DNA of 64,000 nucleotides from the human T2T-CHM13v2.0 reference genome, Homo sapiens (GCA_009914755.4 CP086569.2:8640001-8704000), one strand, 5' to 3'; positions 1 to 13,789 are shown, counted from the stretch's first letter. Notes: generated by a model from the sequence alone, not told the origin. Numbers and translations: made by a program.

Positions 1-1
1 T

Positions 2-298
2 TTGTGGACAGTCTTGCCCCAAGTGTTTAGGTATAGCACACATCTGTTTGGTCAGGCACTGTCCCAAGATCTAGGCCACTTCTTAAATCCAGTCACTCTG
101 GTCCTTCAATATGTGGATGATTTACTTTTGGCTACTAGTTTGGAAGCCTCATACCAGCAGGCTACTCTAGATCTCTTGAACTTTATAGCTAATCAAGAGT
201 ACAAGGCATCTAAGTTGAAGGCCCAGCTTTGCCTACAGCAGGTCAAATATCTAGGCCTAATATTATCCAGAGGAACCAGGGCCCTCAGCAAGGAATGA
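2..298 (+). pseudogene. Reverse-transcriptase fragment of provirus A pol (YVDDLLLA active-site box).
   Basis: ORF 2..298 translates '...LVLQYVDDLLLATSLEASYQQATLDLLNF...'. A close paralogue sits at 63470..63721 in provirus B. Confidence 0.8.
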
Positions 299-3200
299 AG
301 ACAGCCTATACTGACTTATCCTCACATTGAAACATTAAAACAGTTGTGGGGGTTCCTTGGAATCACCAGCTTTTGCCAACTATGGATCCCCAGATACAGT
401 GAGATAGCCATAACCATCTGTACTCTAAGCAAGAAGACCCAGATGGCAAATATTCATCTACTAGAGTGGGAACCAGGGGAAGAAACAGCCTTCAAAACCT
501 TAAAGCATGCCCTAGTAAAAGCTCCAGCTTTAAGCATTCCCACAGGACAAAACTTCTCTTTATACCTCACAGAGAGAGCAGGGCTAGTCCTTACTCAGAC
601 TCATGGGGCAACCCTACAACCAGTGGCACACCTAAGTAAGGAAATTGATGCAGTAGCAAAAGGCTGGCCTCAATGTTTAAGGGTAGTTGCAGTGGTGGCT
701 GTCTTAGTGTCAGAGGATACCAAAATAATACAAGGAAAGGATCTCACTGTTTGGAGTACTCATGATGTAAATGGCACACTAGGTGCCAAAGGAAGTTTAT
801 GACTATCAGACAACCACATATTTATATACAAGGCACCACTCCTTTAGGGACTGCTGCATCAAATAAGTATATGTGCAGCCCTCATTCCTGTCACTTTTCT
901 CCCTGAGCATGAGGAACCAATCGACCACGACTGCCAACAAATTATGGTCCAGATTTATGCCACCTGAGATGATCTCTTAGAAGTCCCCTAAGCTAATCCT
1001 GACCTTACCTTATATACCAATGAAAGTTCATTTGTGGAGAATGGGATGCAAAGGGCAGGATATGCCATAGTTAGTGATGTAACTGTACTTGAAAGTAAGC
1101 CTCTTCCCCCAAGGACCAGCACCCAGTTAGCAGAACTAGTGGCACTTACCTGAGCCTTAGAACTGGGAAAAGGAAAAAGAATAAATGTGTGTACAGATAG
1201 CAAGTATCTTTATCTAATCCTACATACCCCTGCTGCAATATGGAAAGAAAGATAGTTCCTAACCTCTTGGGCAATCCCCATTAAATACCACACGTTAATT
1301 ATGGAGTTATTTCATGCAGTGCAAAACCCAAGGAGGTGACAGTCTTACACTGCCAAGGCCATCAGAAAGGTGAAGAAGAAAAGGCAGAAGGAAACCATCA
1401 GGCAGATGCTGAGGCTAAAATTGCTGCCAGGTGGAACCTCCCATTAGAAATACCTATGGAAGGACGCTTGGTATAGAACAACCCCCTGCAAGAGATTAAG
1501 CCCCAGTATTCCCCAAATGAAACAGAATGGGGACTTTCACAGGGGCATAGTTTTCTCCCTTCAGGGTGGTTAACGACAGAAGAAGGAAAGGTACTTATGT
1601 CCGAAGCCAGCCAGTGGAAAATATTTAAAACCCTCCACCAAACTTTTCATATGGGTTTTGAAAACACTCATCAAATGGCCAAATCCCTATTTACAGGGCC
1701 AAATCTCCCCCAAAACATCTGACAGGTAGTCAAATCCTATGAGGTAGGCCAAAGGAATAATCCCTTCATCCATCATAAGGCCCCTTAGGGGGAACAAAGA
1801 ATAGGTCGCTATCTTGAAGAGGACTGCAAGAAACTCATCTCCCATGGCCTACTCTTTTTCCCATGGCCTTGTTGAGATTCCAAAATTCTCCTCACAAAAC
1901 GAGATCCAGTTCATATGAAATGCTCTGTGGACAATCTTTTCTCACAAATTACCTCCTACCTGATCAGAAAATGGCCAACTTGGTCAAAGATATAACTTCT
2001 TTGGCAAAATATCAACAAAACCTTAAAAACCTACCTAAAGGATGTCACAGAGAAAAGGGAACAGAGTTGTTTCAACCAGGAAATCTTGTGTTGGTCAAAT
2101 TTCTCCTCTCTACCTCCCCAGCTATGGACTCTTTGTGGGAAGGGCCATACTTGGTAATCCTCTCTACCCCCACTGCAGTTAAGGTGGCAGCAGTGGGATC
2201 TTGGATTCACCAGACCTGAGTTAAATTTTGGACATCTCCTGAGAAACCTGCAGGACCATCAGCTCAGGAGTCCCAAGATCAGACAGACCAGCCTCGATAC
2301 ACTTGTGAACTGTTGGAGGACTTGCATGTCCTATTTTGGAAGGAAACATCCCAGACTAAAAAGCTCCTACCACTGATCCTGAGGAAAAATCCCTTCCTCC
2401 TTAAAAAAGATAAGTGAAAACCTACATAATCTTTAACACCTCTCCTTCCCCTTTAATGGAATCATTTTACTAATTTATCATATTATTAAGCAGCATATTA
2501 ACCATACTCTTTGTGATAGGACTATATACTGTAGCTCCTTATGGGATGAAAATCCTAATCACATCAACCTTCTTTCTATCTTCCTTCCCTATGACAGCAA
2601 TTTATTCCTACCTTTAACTCAGCCTAGATAAAACGATCTCATCTTCTAGAGCACCCTCTTTACCTTCCTATTTACTCTTTACCTATCTATCCTTCCTGCT
2701 TCCTTGGGTACCTCATACAATCTCTCCTCCCTTTCCACTAGCTCTTAGTTACCTCTAAAAGACTCTCAACTTAATCCACTGTCTGTTAAACCAGCCCAAT
2801 CATTCCCTGGCAAATGACTCTTGGCTTTGTATCTATCTGTCCACCTCTGTTTATGTTGCCACTCCCATTCCCACAAAAAAAACTAGGTCTTTACCAACTG
2901 AACCTACCACCCTCCTTATGAAGGAAAAGACTATTTCTGACTTCAAAATTTGCAATCATTAGCCAATTTCCCCATCTCTGATAGGACCAAGAATACCCTA
3001 ACAGGACTTGCAATCCAACTTTTACGCTCTTACATTTCCAAACTCACCTATTACCCAAGCAATGAAAAGGCCACACGGGGCTCTGTAATTATAAATACCA
3101 TCTTAGCTCTCCAAGCCCCTTTATGCGTCCAGCGCAACCTGTTATCAGGCTTGGTCCTGGGGCACCAACTACCCCATCATTGTAATTACACCCTACAACT

Positions 3201-3939
3201 TCAAGCCCCAACTGATCATAGTAACTTCCTAGTCACCCAAAGAGCTCCATTCAGATGGCTTGTCCACTTCTCAGCACCCTCAAATATCATCACCTCCTCC
3301 CTGCTTAACAAACAGTCCAGGTTTTGTAATGGCACACATACTCTGTGCATGACCAATCACCCCTAGACCCCCCACAGCAGTGACCCCACCACTATTGAAT
3401 GCCTTCTCATCCCCTCTTTCAGTAATTATTTATAGTAGATATAAAATGGTTTTTTCTCTAGTGGGAAAATAGAACACAGGGAGCAACTCAGTTTCTCGCA
3501 ACAGCCCTTTCCAGCCACTCACCAGAGCTACCTTGACAAGTACCCTAGGAGTATGGGAAAATGAAAACAACAAGTTCACACACGTTTTTAAGAAACTCAC
3601 ACACCTTTTTAACATACACAACAAGTTCCTTCTACCCAGCCAATGTATATTCTTCTTATGTGGAATGTCGACCTATATCTGCCTCCCCGCTAACTGGACA
3701 GTCACCTGCAACTTAGTCTTTCTAAGTCCCAACATTAACATTACCCCAGGAAATCAGACCCTATCAGTACCCCTCAAAGCTCAATTGCATCAGTGCAGAG
3801 CCATAAACTAATACCCCTACTTATAGGATTAGGAATGGCTACTGCTACAGGAACCAGAATAGCCAGTTTATTTACTGCATTATCCTAATACCACACATTC
3901 TCAAAGGATTTCTCAGACAGTTGGCAAGAAATAATGAAA

Positions 3940-4326
3940 TCTATCCTTATTTTACAATCCCAAATCAATTCTTTGGCAGCAGTGACTCTCCAAAACCGCC
4001 AAAGCCTAGACCTCCTCACTGCTGAGAAAGGAGGACTCTGCACCTTCTTAGGGGAAGAGTGTTGTTTTCACACTAGCCAGTCAGGGATAATATGAGATGC
4101 CACCCAGTTTTTACAGGAAAAGTCTTCTGAAATCAGACAATGCATTTCAAACTCTTATACCAACTTCTGGAGTTGGGCAACATGGCTTCTCCTCTTTCTA
4201 GGTCCCATAGCAGCCATCTTGCTGTTACTCGCCTTTGGGCCCTGTATTTTTAACCTTCTTCTCAAATGCTTTTCCTCTAGAATCGAGGCCATCAAGCTAC
4301 AGATGGTCTTACAAATGGAACCCTAA
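3940..4326 (+). pseudogene. Env transmembrane-subunit remnant of provirus A (immunosuppressive domain, membrane anchor, cytoplasmic tail). An in-frame TGA replaces an expected Trp codon.
   Basis: Hand translation gives 'SQINSLAAVTLQNRQSLDLLTAEKGGLCTFLGEECCFHTSQSGII*DATQFLQEKSSEIRQCISNSYTNFWSWATWLLLFLGPIAAILLLLAFGPCIFNLLLKCFSSRIEAIKLQMVLQMEP*'. Stop at ~4324-4326. Confidence 0.7.
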
Positions 4327-4506
4327 ATGAGTTCAACTAACAACTTCTACCGAGGACCCCTGAATCAACCCACTGACCCTTCCATTTCCTAAGAGTTCCC
4401 CTCTGGAGGACACTAGAATTGAAGGGTCCCTTCTTCACCCCTATCCAGCAGGAAGTAGCTACAGTAGTCATCGGCCAAATTCCCAACAGCAGTTGGGGTG
4501 TCCAGT

Positions 4507-5213
4507 TTAGAAGGGGGATTGAAAGGTGAAGCTAGCTGGGCTTCTGGGTCAGGTGGGGACTTGGAGAACTTTTGTATCTAGCTAAAGGATTGTACATGCA
4601 CCAATCATCACTCTGTGTTTAGTTTAAGGTTTGTAAATGCACCAATCAGTGCTCTGTGTCTAGCTAATTGGGTGGTGACTTGGAGAACTTTTCTGTATAG
4701 CTAAAGGATTGCAAATGTGCCAATCAGCACTGTATATTTAGCTAAAGATTTGTGAACACACCAATCAGCACTGTGCAAAAATGAATCAATCAGTGCTCTG
4801 TAAAATGGACCATTCAGCTCTCTGTAAATTGGACTAATCAGCAGGATGTGGGTGGGGCAAAATAAGGAAATAAAAGCAGGCCACCTGAGCCATCAGTGAC
4901 AACCAACTCAGGTCGCCTTCCACATTGTGGAAGCTCTGTTCTTTCACTCTTTGAAATAAACCTTGCTGCTGCTCACTCTTTTGGTCCATGTCGCCTTTAT
5001 GAGCTGTAACACTCACTGGCAAGTTCTGCAGCTTCACTCCTGAAGTCAGTGAGAGAATGAATCTACCAGAAGGAAGAAACACCAGACACATCCAAATATC
5101 AGAAGGAAGAAACCCTGGACACACCATCTTTAAGAACTGTAACACTCACTGCTAGAGTCTGCAGCATCATTCTTGAAGTCAGCAAGACCAAGAACCCACC
5201 AATTCCAGACACA
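4507..5213 (+). mobile_element. LTR12 (HERV9 LTR), 3' LTR of provirus A.
   Basis: Begins right after the PPT with 'tgaaaggtgaagctagctgggcttctggg'. U3 contains tandem 'tgcaccaatcag(c/t)actctgt' subrepeats. Ends '...ccaagaacccaccaattccagaca'. Matches the LTRs at 59113-59836 and (reverse-complemented) 27427-28078. Confidence 0.8.
4560..4830 (+). repeat. Tandem ~40-70 bp subrepeats inside the LTR12 U3 (motif 'caccaatcagcactctgt'). A known LTR12 trait.
   Basis: Repeated 'gtttgtaaatgcaccaatcagtgctctgtgtctagctaa' blocks are visible 5-6 times. Confidence 0.75.
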
Positions 5214-7904
5214 GTTCTTAGGTAGGGATACACCCTCAGGCCTGTCTCACTGACCTAGATAGGTCTGTTTTCTTACCCAAATTGGGTAGGACATGGGCTT
5301 CTGTCTTTTTGCCCAAGAGTTGCATTTGCCAAGACCACCCTGGCCTGCCACACCCCCATCTTGTGCTATAAGAAAATCTGAGACCTAGCAAGAAGGTACT
5401 CAGCAGCTGGACATCAAGAGGAACCATCAGTAGAAGAAGACACAGCAAATGGACCTTGAGAATATACCAGAGAACTGACAGCACAAGGAATGAGTCAGCA
5501 GGCCATCCACCTCAGAAAAACACGGAGTTCCGTGGGGCTGTGGGAGCAGAGCACTGAATTTCCCCATTCCAAGGGAAAACCACATTCCCATTCCATCTCC
5601 CTTCTGGCTCTCCATTCATCTACTGAGAACTTCCACTCAATGAAACCTCGCACTTTTTCTCCAAGCCCATGTGTGAGCCAATTTTTCAGGTACATCCAGG
5701 CAGGAAACCCAGGGGTGCAGAAAGCCTTCTGTCTTTGCAGTAAGGCAGGGTTTCTAATAGAGCTAATACAAGCCACCTACAGATGGATAAGCTAAATTAA
5801 CACCGTGTAACACACCCCACTGGGGATTCAGGAGCTGTAAATATTCAGCACTAGGTGCTGCCTGCAGTCAAAGCCCCACAAACTGTCCTCATTCCTTGCC
5901 CAGCTGCAGGCAATAAGGGATGCTTTGCTGTTTCAATATGAGTCTGTTTCCAATGCAGTGTCTTTTCTGCCATACTGCAGTGTGATCTCATTATATATAT
6001 TTGACAAAATAAGTTACAAATTATAACTAATGTGAGAAGAAAATAATTGTTGAAGAGTAAAGAAGAAAAATAAAACACTGTGTTTCACAATAAATGTAAA
6101 CAACTATAAGTTTGATTAATCAACATGTGAGACCAACCAGGCAGGTGCTTAACATCGTGAGGGGGCACTACTCCTTCAACTCGGGTTTCAATCTGGGACA
6201 GAGAATGTGAGCAGCTATAAGGTCAGATATGGAAGAGGATACAATCTGGTGAGGTGTGGATTGTGTCCCACACCTTCACCTGAAAAAAAAGGTGAAGACA
6301 GATGACACAGAAGTTGCCTCCAAATGCATCTCCACATTCCCTTAATTGCAAAAGCAGTCCACACCATGGCCCAGTGTTCAAGTGAGAGTTCTCCAACGTG
6401 CCATGAACGTGTGGAGTGCAAATTGGGGTTTTGCACTTTGAGAGCTTTCATACCCAGGGCCAAATGGGAGTGGGATAGATTGATGCTGGGTGGGATGTGG
6501 CCTCCACACCTGCCTCTTCATTTTCTGACTTCCATGTTCCTCATCAAATTAGGGTTTTCTTGTTCTGGCTCACTGTCTTCCACACAAAACATATCTCAGT
6601 TCACGAAGGACGACCCTCATGGGAATAGATTGCATGAGTGTTTCCTTCTAAATACTCTCACGTTGTAATGGCTGGACAGCTTTGATAGTTTTAAAACTGT
6701 AAATTCCCACACATCTGCCAACAAGGAAACTTCTTCTCCCACTTCTATTGTAAGGCGGCATGATTCCTGTAGGTTGAGAAGCAGGCTACAGTGTTGAACA
6801 TTTGCCTGGCTGTCTAGGCTCTTTTTCATTTCATCTCCATGTCCTTTCTCATTGTGGCAGGGCAGTTTCATTGGGCTGTTGATGGATGGTACTGCTTCTC
6901 ACCAAAAATCTTTTGGCTTCCAAGGATTTCAGAGAGTAAAAGGGACTTCAGATATACTGATTGAACTCCAGGTTGTGGGTCATGGTAACATTGTGGGGGC
7001 TAAGGATGTTTGCACTTTGCAGGAGGATTTTGGGTCCTCTGACAAGAATCATTGAACGTTGTTTGGGCTCCAGCACAAAGCAGCTCATTCTCTCAGGCGA
7101 GCATTGAATTTTCTTTGCTTTCCTGGTGGTTCCACATTGCTTGTCAACAGGACTGCTGGACAGCATTTTCAGGGTTGCCATCTTCACAGACGGCTCCAAA
7201 GTCACTGTCACAAGCTTATCTGCCCAAAAGCGAGGACAGATTGAGGTGAGAGAACACTTTTCAACCTTGGACTTTCCTTTGTCATGGTTCCTGCCTTTCC
7301 CAGAGAGCCCTGTGAGGCCCAGGATGAAGGGAGGCAGTGAGGTCAAGAGTCTGGCCAACTTTCACAGACACCAGCCTCTGGGGTCTTAGGTATGATTCCA
7401 TCACATAAAGAACCCTCAACAACTCACCAGACTCTATTCCAACCCCAAGGGATCTGATTCTTGCACACAGCCTCTTTCGGGAATGGAGACAGAAGAGTAG
7501 TTTCTGGCGACCACCTCACAGTCTCAAAATACCTCCTCCTCCACTGGGACCTAACTAGCGAGATAACCCGAAGGGGCAATAAGGTCAAGAGTTTTAGGGT
7601 ACCAGTAGGTTGTCACAGCCAGCCTTTTTTTCCAATACCAGGCTGGCTCTGCCTGTAACATTTTCCTCTGTTTATGCAGGCTGACAGCACTGACAGTCAG
7701 GCACCTAAGCCTGCCTCATGAATGGGCATGTGGTAATCTCAAAGCCCCAGGCCTGAGCAGGGAGCCCTTGCTAGCATCACAATGAATGCCACCATTGCCC
7801 AGTGATAAGTCCCTGTGGCTTGGTGGAGAAGTACACCCCCAGGTGGAGGTGGGTCACCAATGGAATCTCTCCTGTCTTCTCTCTGGGATCCACGGACAGT
7901 CCCA

Positions 7905-9040
7905 TGATTCCACCAAAAGTTGGCAGTCATGCATTGCAGGGGACACCAACAAACTTCTACCGTGGTTGCTTTAGGGAACTCCAGACCCGACTCAGAGGTC
8001 AAAAAGCAGCCTCCATCCCCTGCCAGGCATTGGTCTCAGCCACCCTACTTTCTCAGGCACCTGACTTTGTACCCACTTATTCTAAAGAAGACAAATACTT
8101 TTTTTTCAGGCAGAAGGAGGGCAAACAGCAAAACAGGGATGGACCCAGTTACCACACAGAAGAATAGCCATTCCACAGCTGCTAAGAGTCACAGTTGTAT
8201 TGGCTGTGCATGAAACTACCCCCCTAGTTCAGGAAACACTTGAAAAGTTGTTAGGCTTGTACTTCTACATCTAATATTTGTCAGCCCTTGCCAAAATGGT
8301 GGCACAGTGATGTAATTACCTGTAGACAGCACAATGGGAAGCACAGTCCAGCTGTTCTGTCCAGCATACGAGCTAATGGAGCAGCCCCCTTTGAAGATCT
8401 CCAGGGGGACTTCACTGAAATGCCAAAGTGTGTAGGTAACATGTATTTACTAGTTCTTGTTTGTACCTACTCTGGGCTGGTAGAGGCTTATCCAACACAA
8501 ACTGAAAAAGCTCATGAAATAACCCATGTGCTTCTTTGAGATCTTATTCCTAGATTTGGACTGCCCCTATGAATTGGTTCAAACAAGTGGTCAGTGCTTG
8601 TGGCTGACCTGGTGCAGAAGACAGCAAAGGTATTTGAGATCACGTGGAAACTACATGCAGCCTACTGACCTCCATTTGCTCCAGAAAGGTGGAGCAAATG
8701 AATCAAACTATCATAAATAGCTTAGGGAAAGTTTGCCCGGAAACAGTATTGGAATGGCTAAAGGCTCTCCCTACGGTATTGTTTAAGATAAGAAGTACTG
8801 CTTCTAAAAGAATAGGATATTCCCCTTTTGAAATATTCTATCATAGGCCCCCTCCCATATTCTGGGAACTCCCAGGCTCTCTTCAACAATCAGGTGAAGT
8901 TGAGTTACAGCAACAGCTACAGGCTGTAGTAAAAATTACACAATTTCAGCCTGGGAAAATGAAAGAGGCCCTATTAGTTTTTTATCCCCAGTTCACACTT
9001 TCTCCCAAGGTGATCACATGTGGATCAAGGACCGGAAAAT
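7905..9040 (+). mobile_element. ERV class I pol 3' fragment (integrase) replacing ~1 kb of an array unit.
   Basis: Unit homology breaks at ~7905 ('...cccatgattcc|accaaaag') and resumes at ~9040 at a phase ~1 kb further along the unit. ORF 8288..8539 carries the integrase catalytic-core signature 'DFTEMPKCVGNMYLLVLVCTYSGLVEAYPTQTEKAHEITHVLL' (cf. gammaretroviral 'DFTE...YLLV.VDTFSGW.EAFP'). Confidence 0.65.
8288..8539 (+). pseudogene. Retroviral integrase catalytic core (D,D35E region) remnant.
   Basis: 'GDFTEMPKC.GN.YLLVLV.TYSG.VEAYPT.TEKA' motif. Downstream frames show IN C-terminal-like remnants with stops. Confidence 0.65.
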
Positions 9041-10991
9041 AGCCCCTTTTGGCCATGGTGAAAAGGACCCCAGAACATGTAGAGTGCAAATTGAGAATCT
9101 CCTGGCAAACTCCTGATATGAGGGCTTTCATACCGGGAGCCAAACGGGTGTGGAATGGATTGAGGCAGGGTGGGATGTGGTCTCTACTCTTACCTCTTCT
9201 TTTCCAGACTTCCATGTTCCTCGTTGGCATAGGATTTCCTGCGTCTGGCTCAACGATTTCCACACTAAACATTTCCTGGTTCACGAAGAATGATCCTTAG
9301 TGGAATCCATTGTATGAGTGTTTTCTTCTAAATAATATCACGTTTTACTGACTAGGAAGTTTTGATACTTTTAAAACCATAAATTCCCATTACAGCCACC
9401 AACAAGAAAACTCTTGTTCTCCCACTTCTATTGGAGGCTTGCATGATTCCTGTAGGAGGAGAAGCAGGCAGCCATGTGTGGGTTTTACCTGGCAATCTAG
9501 GCTCTGTTTCATTAAATCTAGCTCCTTGGGGTTTCAGAGAGCAAAAGGGACTTCCAGTAGGCTCACTGTGCTCCAGGTTTTTGTCCATGATCTCGTTTTG
9601 GGGACTGAGTCTTCTAACAGGAATCATTGAACATTGCTTGGACTCCAGCACAAGACAGCTTTTTCTCTCAGGCGAGCCTTGTTTTTACTTTGCCTTCATG
9701 AAAAATCCACAGTGCCCCTTAACAGCACTGCTGGACACACTTTTCAGCCTTGCTATCACCACAGACAGCCTCTGAGACACGGTCTCAATGTCATCTGCAC
9801 CAATGAGAAGCCAGTCCGAGGTGTGAGAGAACTGCTCCACCTTAGACTTGCTTCTTTCATGGTACCTGCCTTTTCCAGAGAGGCCCTGTGAGGCCCAGGA
9901 TAAAGGGAGGCCATGAGATCAAGCTCAGGCGTCTTTCACTGATGCCTACCTCGGGGCTTTCAGGTATAATTCTGTCACCCAAAGAACCCTCAACAACACA
10001 AAAAAATATATTCCAGTCTCCATAGGACCCGATTCTTGCACACAACCTCTTTCAGGAATGGAGTCAGAAGAGTAGTTTCCAGTGACCACCTCACAATCTT
10101 GAAATGCCTCCTCCTCCAGTGGGACATGACAATGGAGACAGCCCAAAGAGGCCCTGAGTTTGGGACTTTTAGGGTCTCACAGTGGGTTTTCATAGGCATC
10201 ATTTTTCCTGAGACAAGGCCGGCTCTGCCTGTAGCATTTTCCCCTGCTTAGTCAGGCTGACAGCTCTGACAGCCAAGTGCCAGAGCCTGCCTCAGGAATG
10301 TGCATGAGCTAGACTCAGGGCACCATGCCTGATTTTGAGTTCTGGCAAGTGTCACAATGAATGTCACTGTTCCCTGCAGTTGCAGAGAAAGAGACCTCTG
10401 TGGGGGTGCGCTGGTGGACTCTCATCTGTCTTCTTTGTGGGATCCATGGAATAATCCCATGATCCTAGGAAAGGGAAGATGTGAGCAAGCCTGAAGAAAT
10501 GTCAAGCAGAGCCCCAGGAATAAACTGCAAAATCCCTATGGATCCAAAATCATCTGCAGGATTCCTTAGGCCTGCCTAGATGCTTTATGGATGAGTCTTT
10601 ATAAAACTTGCCCCCCTGATATTTTTAGGTACGGCCTGCCTCTGTTCCCTGGGGTTGCTCTCTCCAAGGTGGGTCTTTCTGCAGAAACACACAGCCTCAG
10701 AAGCTGCTGGGCTGTGTGTTTCTGTGAGAGTGTTGAAAGTGTCAGATTTCTGCATGTGTTTGTCTGGTGGTGTGTCTTTGTGTGTGTGCGTGCCTGCAAA
10801 TGGAGTCTGCTTAAAAGAATATGGCTAACACACTTCAGCCCTTCTTTATTTGAGTCTCTCAACCTTTTGATGGCCTGTCTGTGTGGCTTTGCTTTAGTTG
10901 CAGGGCTCTGTGTTCTTTATTTTTCTGTGGATCATGAATACACAGTGTACTGGGAGATGAGTCGAGACCTGCCAGAGAGTGACAGGACCTA

Positions 10992-12100
10992 GCCATGGAC
11001 CCTGGCACCACTAAAGGCCAATGACTACCTCTGCTTCTGTGACCCTTTCAGTCTACTTCTACAAATCCCTTGGCTTTTACCTCCACCCCCACTTCCATTT
11101 GACCACACTTCATCTCTCTGCCACAGACTCAGGGTAAGGCTCAAAAACTTGGTAGGAGAAGTAAAGGAAGAAGAGGATGGAAATAGAAAAGAATAGAGGG
11201 AAGGAGAGGGGAGAGAAAGCTCTTCCTGAGAAATGCATGAGTTTTTTATCTACCAAATCATATAAATTATTTTCCTTTTGGCTTACAAAGGCATTTCATA
11301 CTTGATATATGATTCAATTTCCATCGTATCCCTATAGATTACTCTATGATATAGATCATATGACATGATTATTATAGTTATCTTAAATGCATATTCTAAT
11401 ACTAGATAAGTACAACAGATTGATCAAGTTCTCATGGCAAAAGATGAATTGGACTAACATTAAGACATACTCCTAACTCAAAGACATTTCTTTACTGCCA
11501 CAGAGTAGCTTTCATTTTAATAGAGTTATTTTAAATTAAGTGTATTTTAAGTTAAAGATACTATGATATTTGGGAACAGCATAGTAGTTGGTGAGTAATG
11601 AGTTTTAGGTGCTGGTGTACTGGACTGTATTACATTGTGATTATCATTTTCTCCCTTCCCTTGGCTATCAGAAAACCTATCACAATATTAGCAATAGTTA
11701 TGTCACATTACTGTACATCCACTTATTTCCTTGGAAATTGAGGGATCCCTTTTGGTGTCGTGAATTAAATGTGCGCTTAACCACAGCTATTTTATAGCTA
11801 CCACCTATTGGCATAGCTAGAGTGAATAATACATGCAAAACATAAAGGGGGACATAATTATTTGCTGACATCCTCCAAAGTCTAATTCAAAGACATATAC
11901 ACAGGAGATCTTAGTTATGCTTCTAATTTCATCTATACTTCCTTACCCCTTCTATAGACAGGTTATCTTCACCACTTTTATCCCTATTTATATATTAATG
12001 AGCATTCCTTCAACTCAGTTTTCTGAGGAACTCTAAAATAATTTTTAAAATATGAGCCCTTTCCTGAATCTCACACTTGAATTTTCTATTTAAGCTATTG
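10992..12100. other. Unclassified AT-rich segment between the array break and the HERV-K gag remnant. Possibly a degraded older insertion, not an LTR matching 16135-16860.
   Basis: No similarity to the array unit or to the downstream HERV-K LTR. AT-rich with no convincing ORF. Confidence 0.3.
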
Positions 12101-12160
12101 GTTTGGTATCTCACTAAATTATAAGTTTATGAAGATAATACCCCTCCAATTTAGACACAG

Positions 12161-12571
12161 GTGCTTTATCTCCAGGGTCACGATATTCCCTTCTCCACTT
12201 GGTCTGTGTGGTTGGCAATTAAAACAGCACTGGAGCCCTTCCACACTGAGGAGGAGGAGGAGAAGTTTCAGGATGACATAGAAAAGTTTAATAATCAGGA
12301 GTCTGATAATCAGCACAGTGAACCATCACTGTCTAGTTTTAAAAAGGGGGAGAAATGGGAAGGAATATATTCTAACTTCCAAAAATGTATGAAAGAGACA
12401 GTTCCTCCTACTGTGCCTTTAGGGGAAGGTGCAAAATGGCCACCTCCACCTCAGCCTTATGAATTTTTGGAATGGGAGACTGAGACTCAGCTTGCCACTC
12501 CCATTGTTGCAGGGCCTACCATTGACCATGTTAAAGGGAAGCTTCAACAGCCCAACAGCCAATTACGGTGA
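12161..12571 (+). pseudogene. HERV-K-like gag matrix/p15 region remnant.
   Basis: ORF 12161..12571 is 136 aa. It includes the 'EPFHTEEEEEK' and proline-rich 'PPPPQPYE' stretch typical of betaretroviral gag. Confidence 0.6.
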
Positions 12572-13789
12572 GGGAATGATCCAGGCTTTTCCACCTGTTA
12601 ATTATGGGAGAGAAATGCTGCTAGCCAGTCCAAATACAAATTATGGTGCAGTGGCAATTCAGGCATCCATTTGACAGGTACAAGAAATAGGGGATTTCGA
12701 TGCTTGGCAGTTTCCAGTAATTATTTATCCAGCTAAGGAGCCCAGAGAACATGTTCAGGCATTCTGGGAGCCATTTCTCTTTAAAATATTAAAAAGATTT
12801 AAAGCAAGCAAGTGAACAATATGGGTCAAATTCTTCTTATGTTCATTCCTTATTATAATTTGTGGCTTATAACAGGCATTTAATACCTATGGATTGGGAG
12901 TGATTAGCTCAATCCACCCTGTCTCCCTCTCAATTTCTCCATTTAAAAACCTGGTAGACAGATGAAGCAACAAATCAGGCATGAAGAAATGCTCAAGCCC
13001 AACCTCCCATTAATATCACATCTGACCAATTGCTTGGAATCGGACAGGCATTGGGTACTGTAAATCAACAGGTGGTAAAGGGTGATGAGTCTGTCGATCA
13101 GCTCAGAACTATATGCTTACGATCCCAGGAAAAAAATTCATGACCCTGTTACTACTTATCCTTCTTTTAACTCAGTTTGACAGGGTCCAAGGGAGATTTA
13201 TCCAGATTTTATTGCCCCATTTGCAAGAAGCTGCTCAAAAGGTTATTTTGGTCTCGTGCCAGGAAAGGGATCATTCAGTGGCTTGCTTATGAAAATGTGA
13301 ATACAGAACATCAGGCAGAAATTAGATCTATTAAAGTAAAGGCAGATGTAAATGAAGAAAAAAACTTTAAGCGAATATATTAAAGCCTGTGATGGCATTG
13401 AGGGGCCCTTATATAAGGCCAGCCTCCTTTGTCAGTCAATGGCTGGACTAAGGGTAACAAAAAACACAGCAGTGTTCCCTGGATCTTGACATAATTGGGG
13501 ACACATAGGACATGCAAAAAGAGAGTGTACAAAGAGCCAAAAAAGGGAAAACTCCGGACCAGGCCCTGATTCAAAACAGGGCATTACCTATTTGGGGTGG
13601 GTCATCCCTGACTCCAAAGAGAGTATTCCCAGCCCAGTCTATCCCTTTACAAATGTATAGCAATTGTCCCCCACCAGAGATAAAAGTGGGGCAGTAGATT
13701 TATGCTGTGGAAAAGCTATATCCTTCCTTCCTGGGGAGCCTCCTAGGAAGATCCCAATGAAGGTTTATGGCCCATTGTAAAACGGCAAG

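Larger units (their letters stand above)
1..4326 (+). mobile_element. HERV9/HERV-W-like (ERV class I, gamma-like) provirus A, internal region pol-env. The 5' part lies outside the window. Degenerate, with many stops and frameshifts.
   Basis: Translated RT motif LQYVDDLLLA at ~100-130. RNase H- and integrase-like remnants at ~1000-2200 (HHCC-like 'HCQGHQKGEEEKAEGNHQADAEAK'). Env TM with immunosuppressive-domain-like 'LQNRQSLDLLTAEKGGLCTFLGEECCF' at ~3990-4070. PPT 'agaagggggat' at ~4495 immediately before the LTR. Confidence 0.8.

Noticed and set aside
5214-6120. ~900 bp between the provirus A 3' LTR and the array start, looked at for MaLR/THE1-type LTR or a gene.
   Set aside because: No convincing match to any element I can recognise by eye and no ORF support. 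Left unannotated.
10992-12100. Candidate 5' LTR for the HERV-K-like fragment.
   Set aside because: It has no similarity to the 3' LTR at 16135-16860. It is AT-rich and featureless. More likely unrelated filler or an older degraded element, so the HERV-K fragment appears 5'-truncated.
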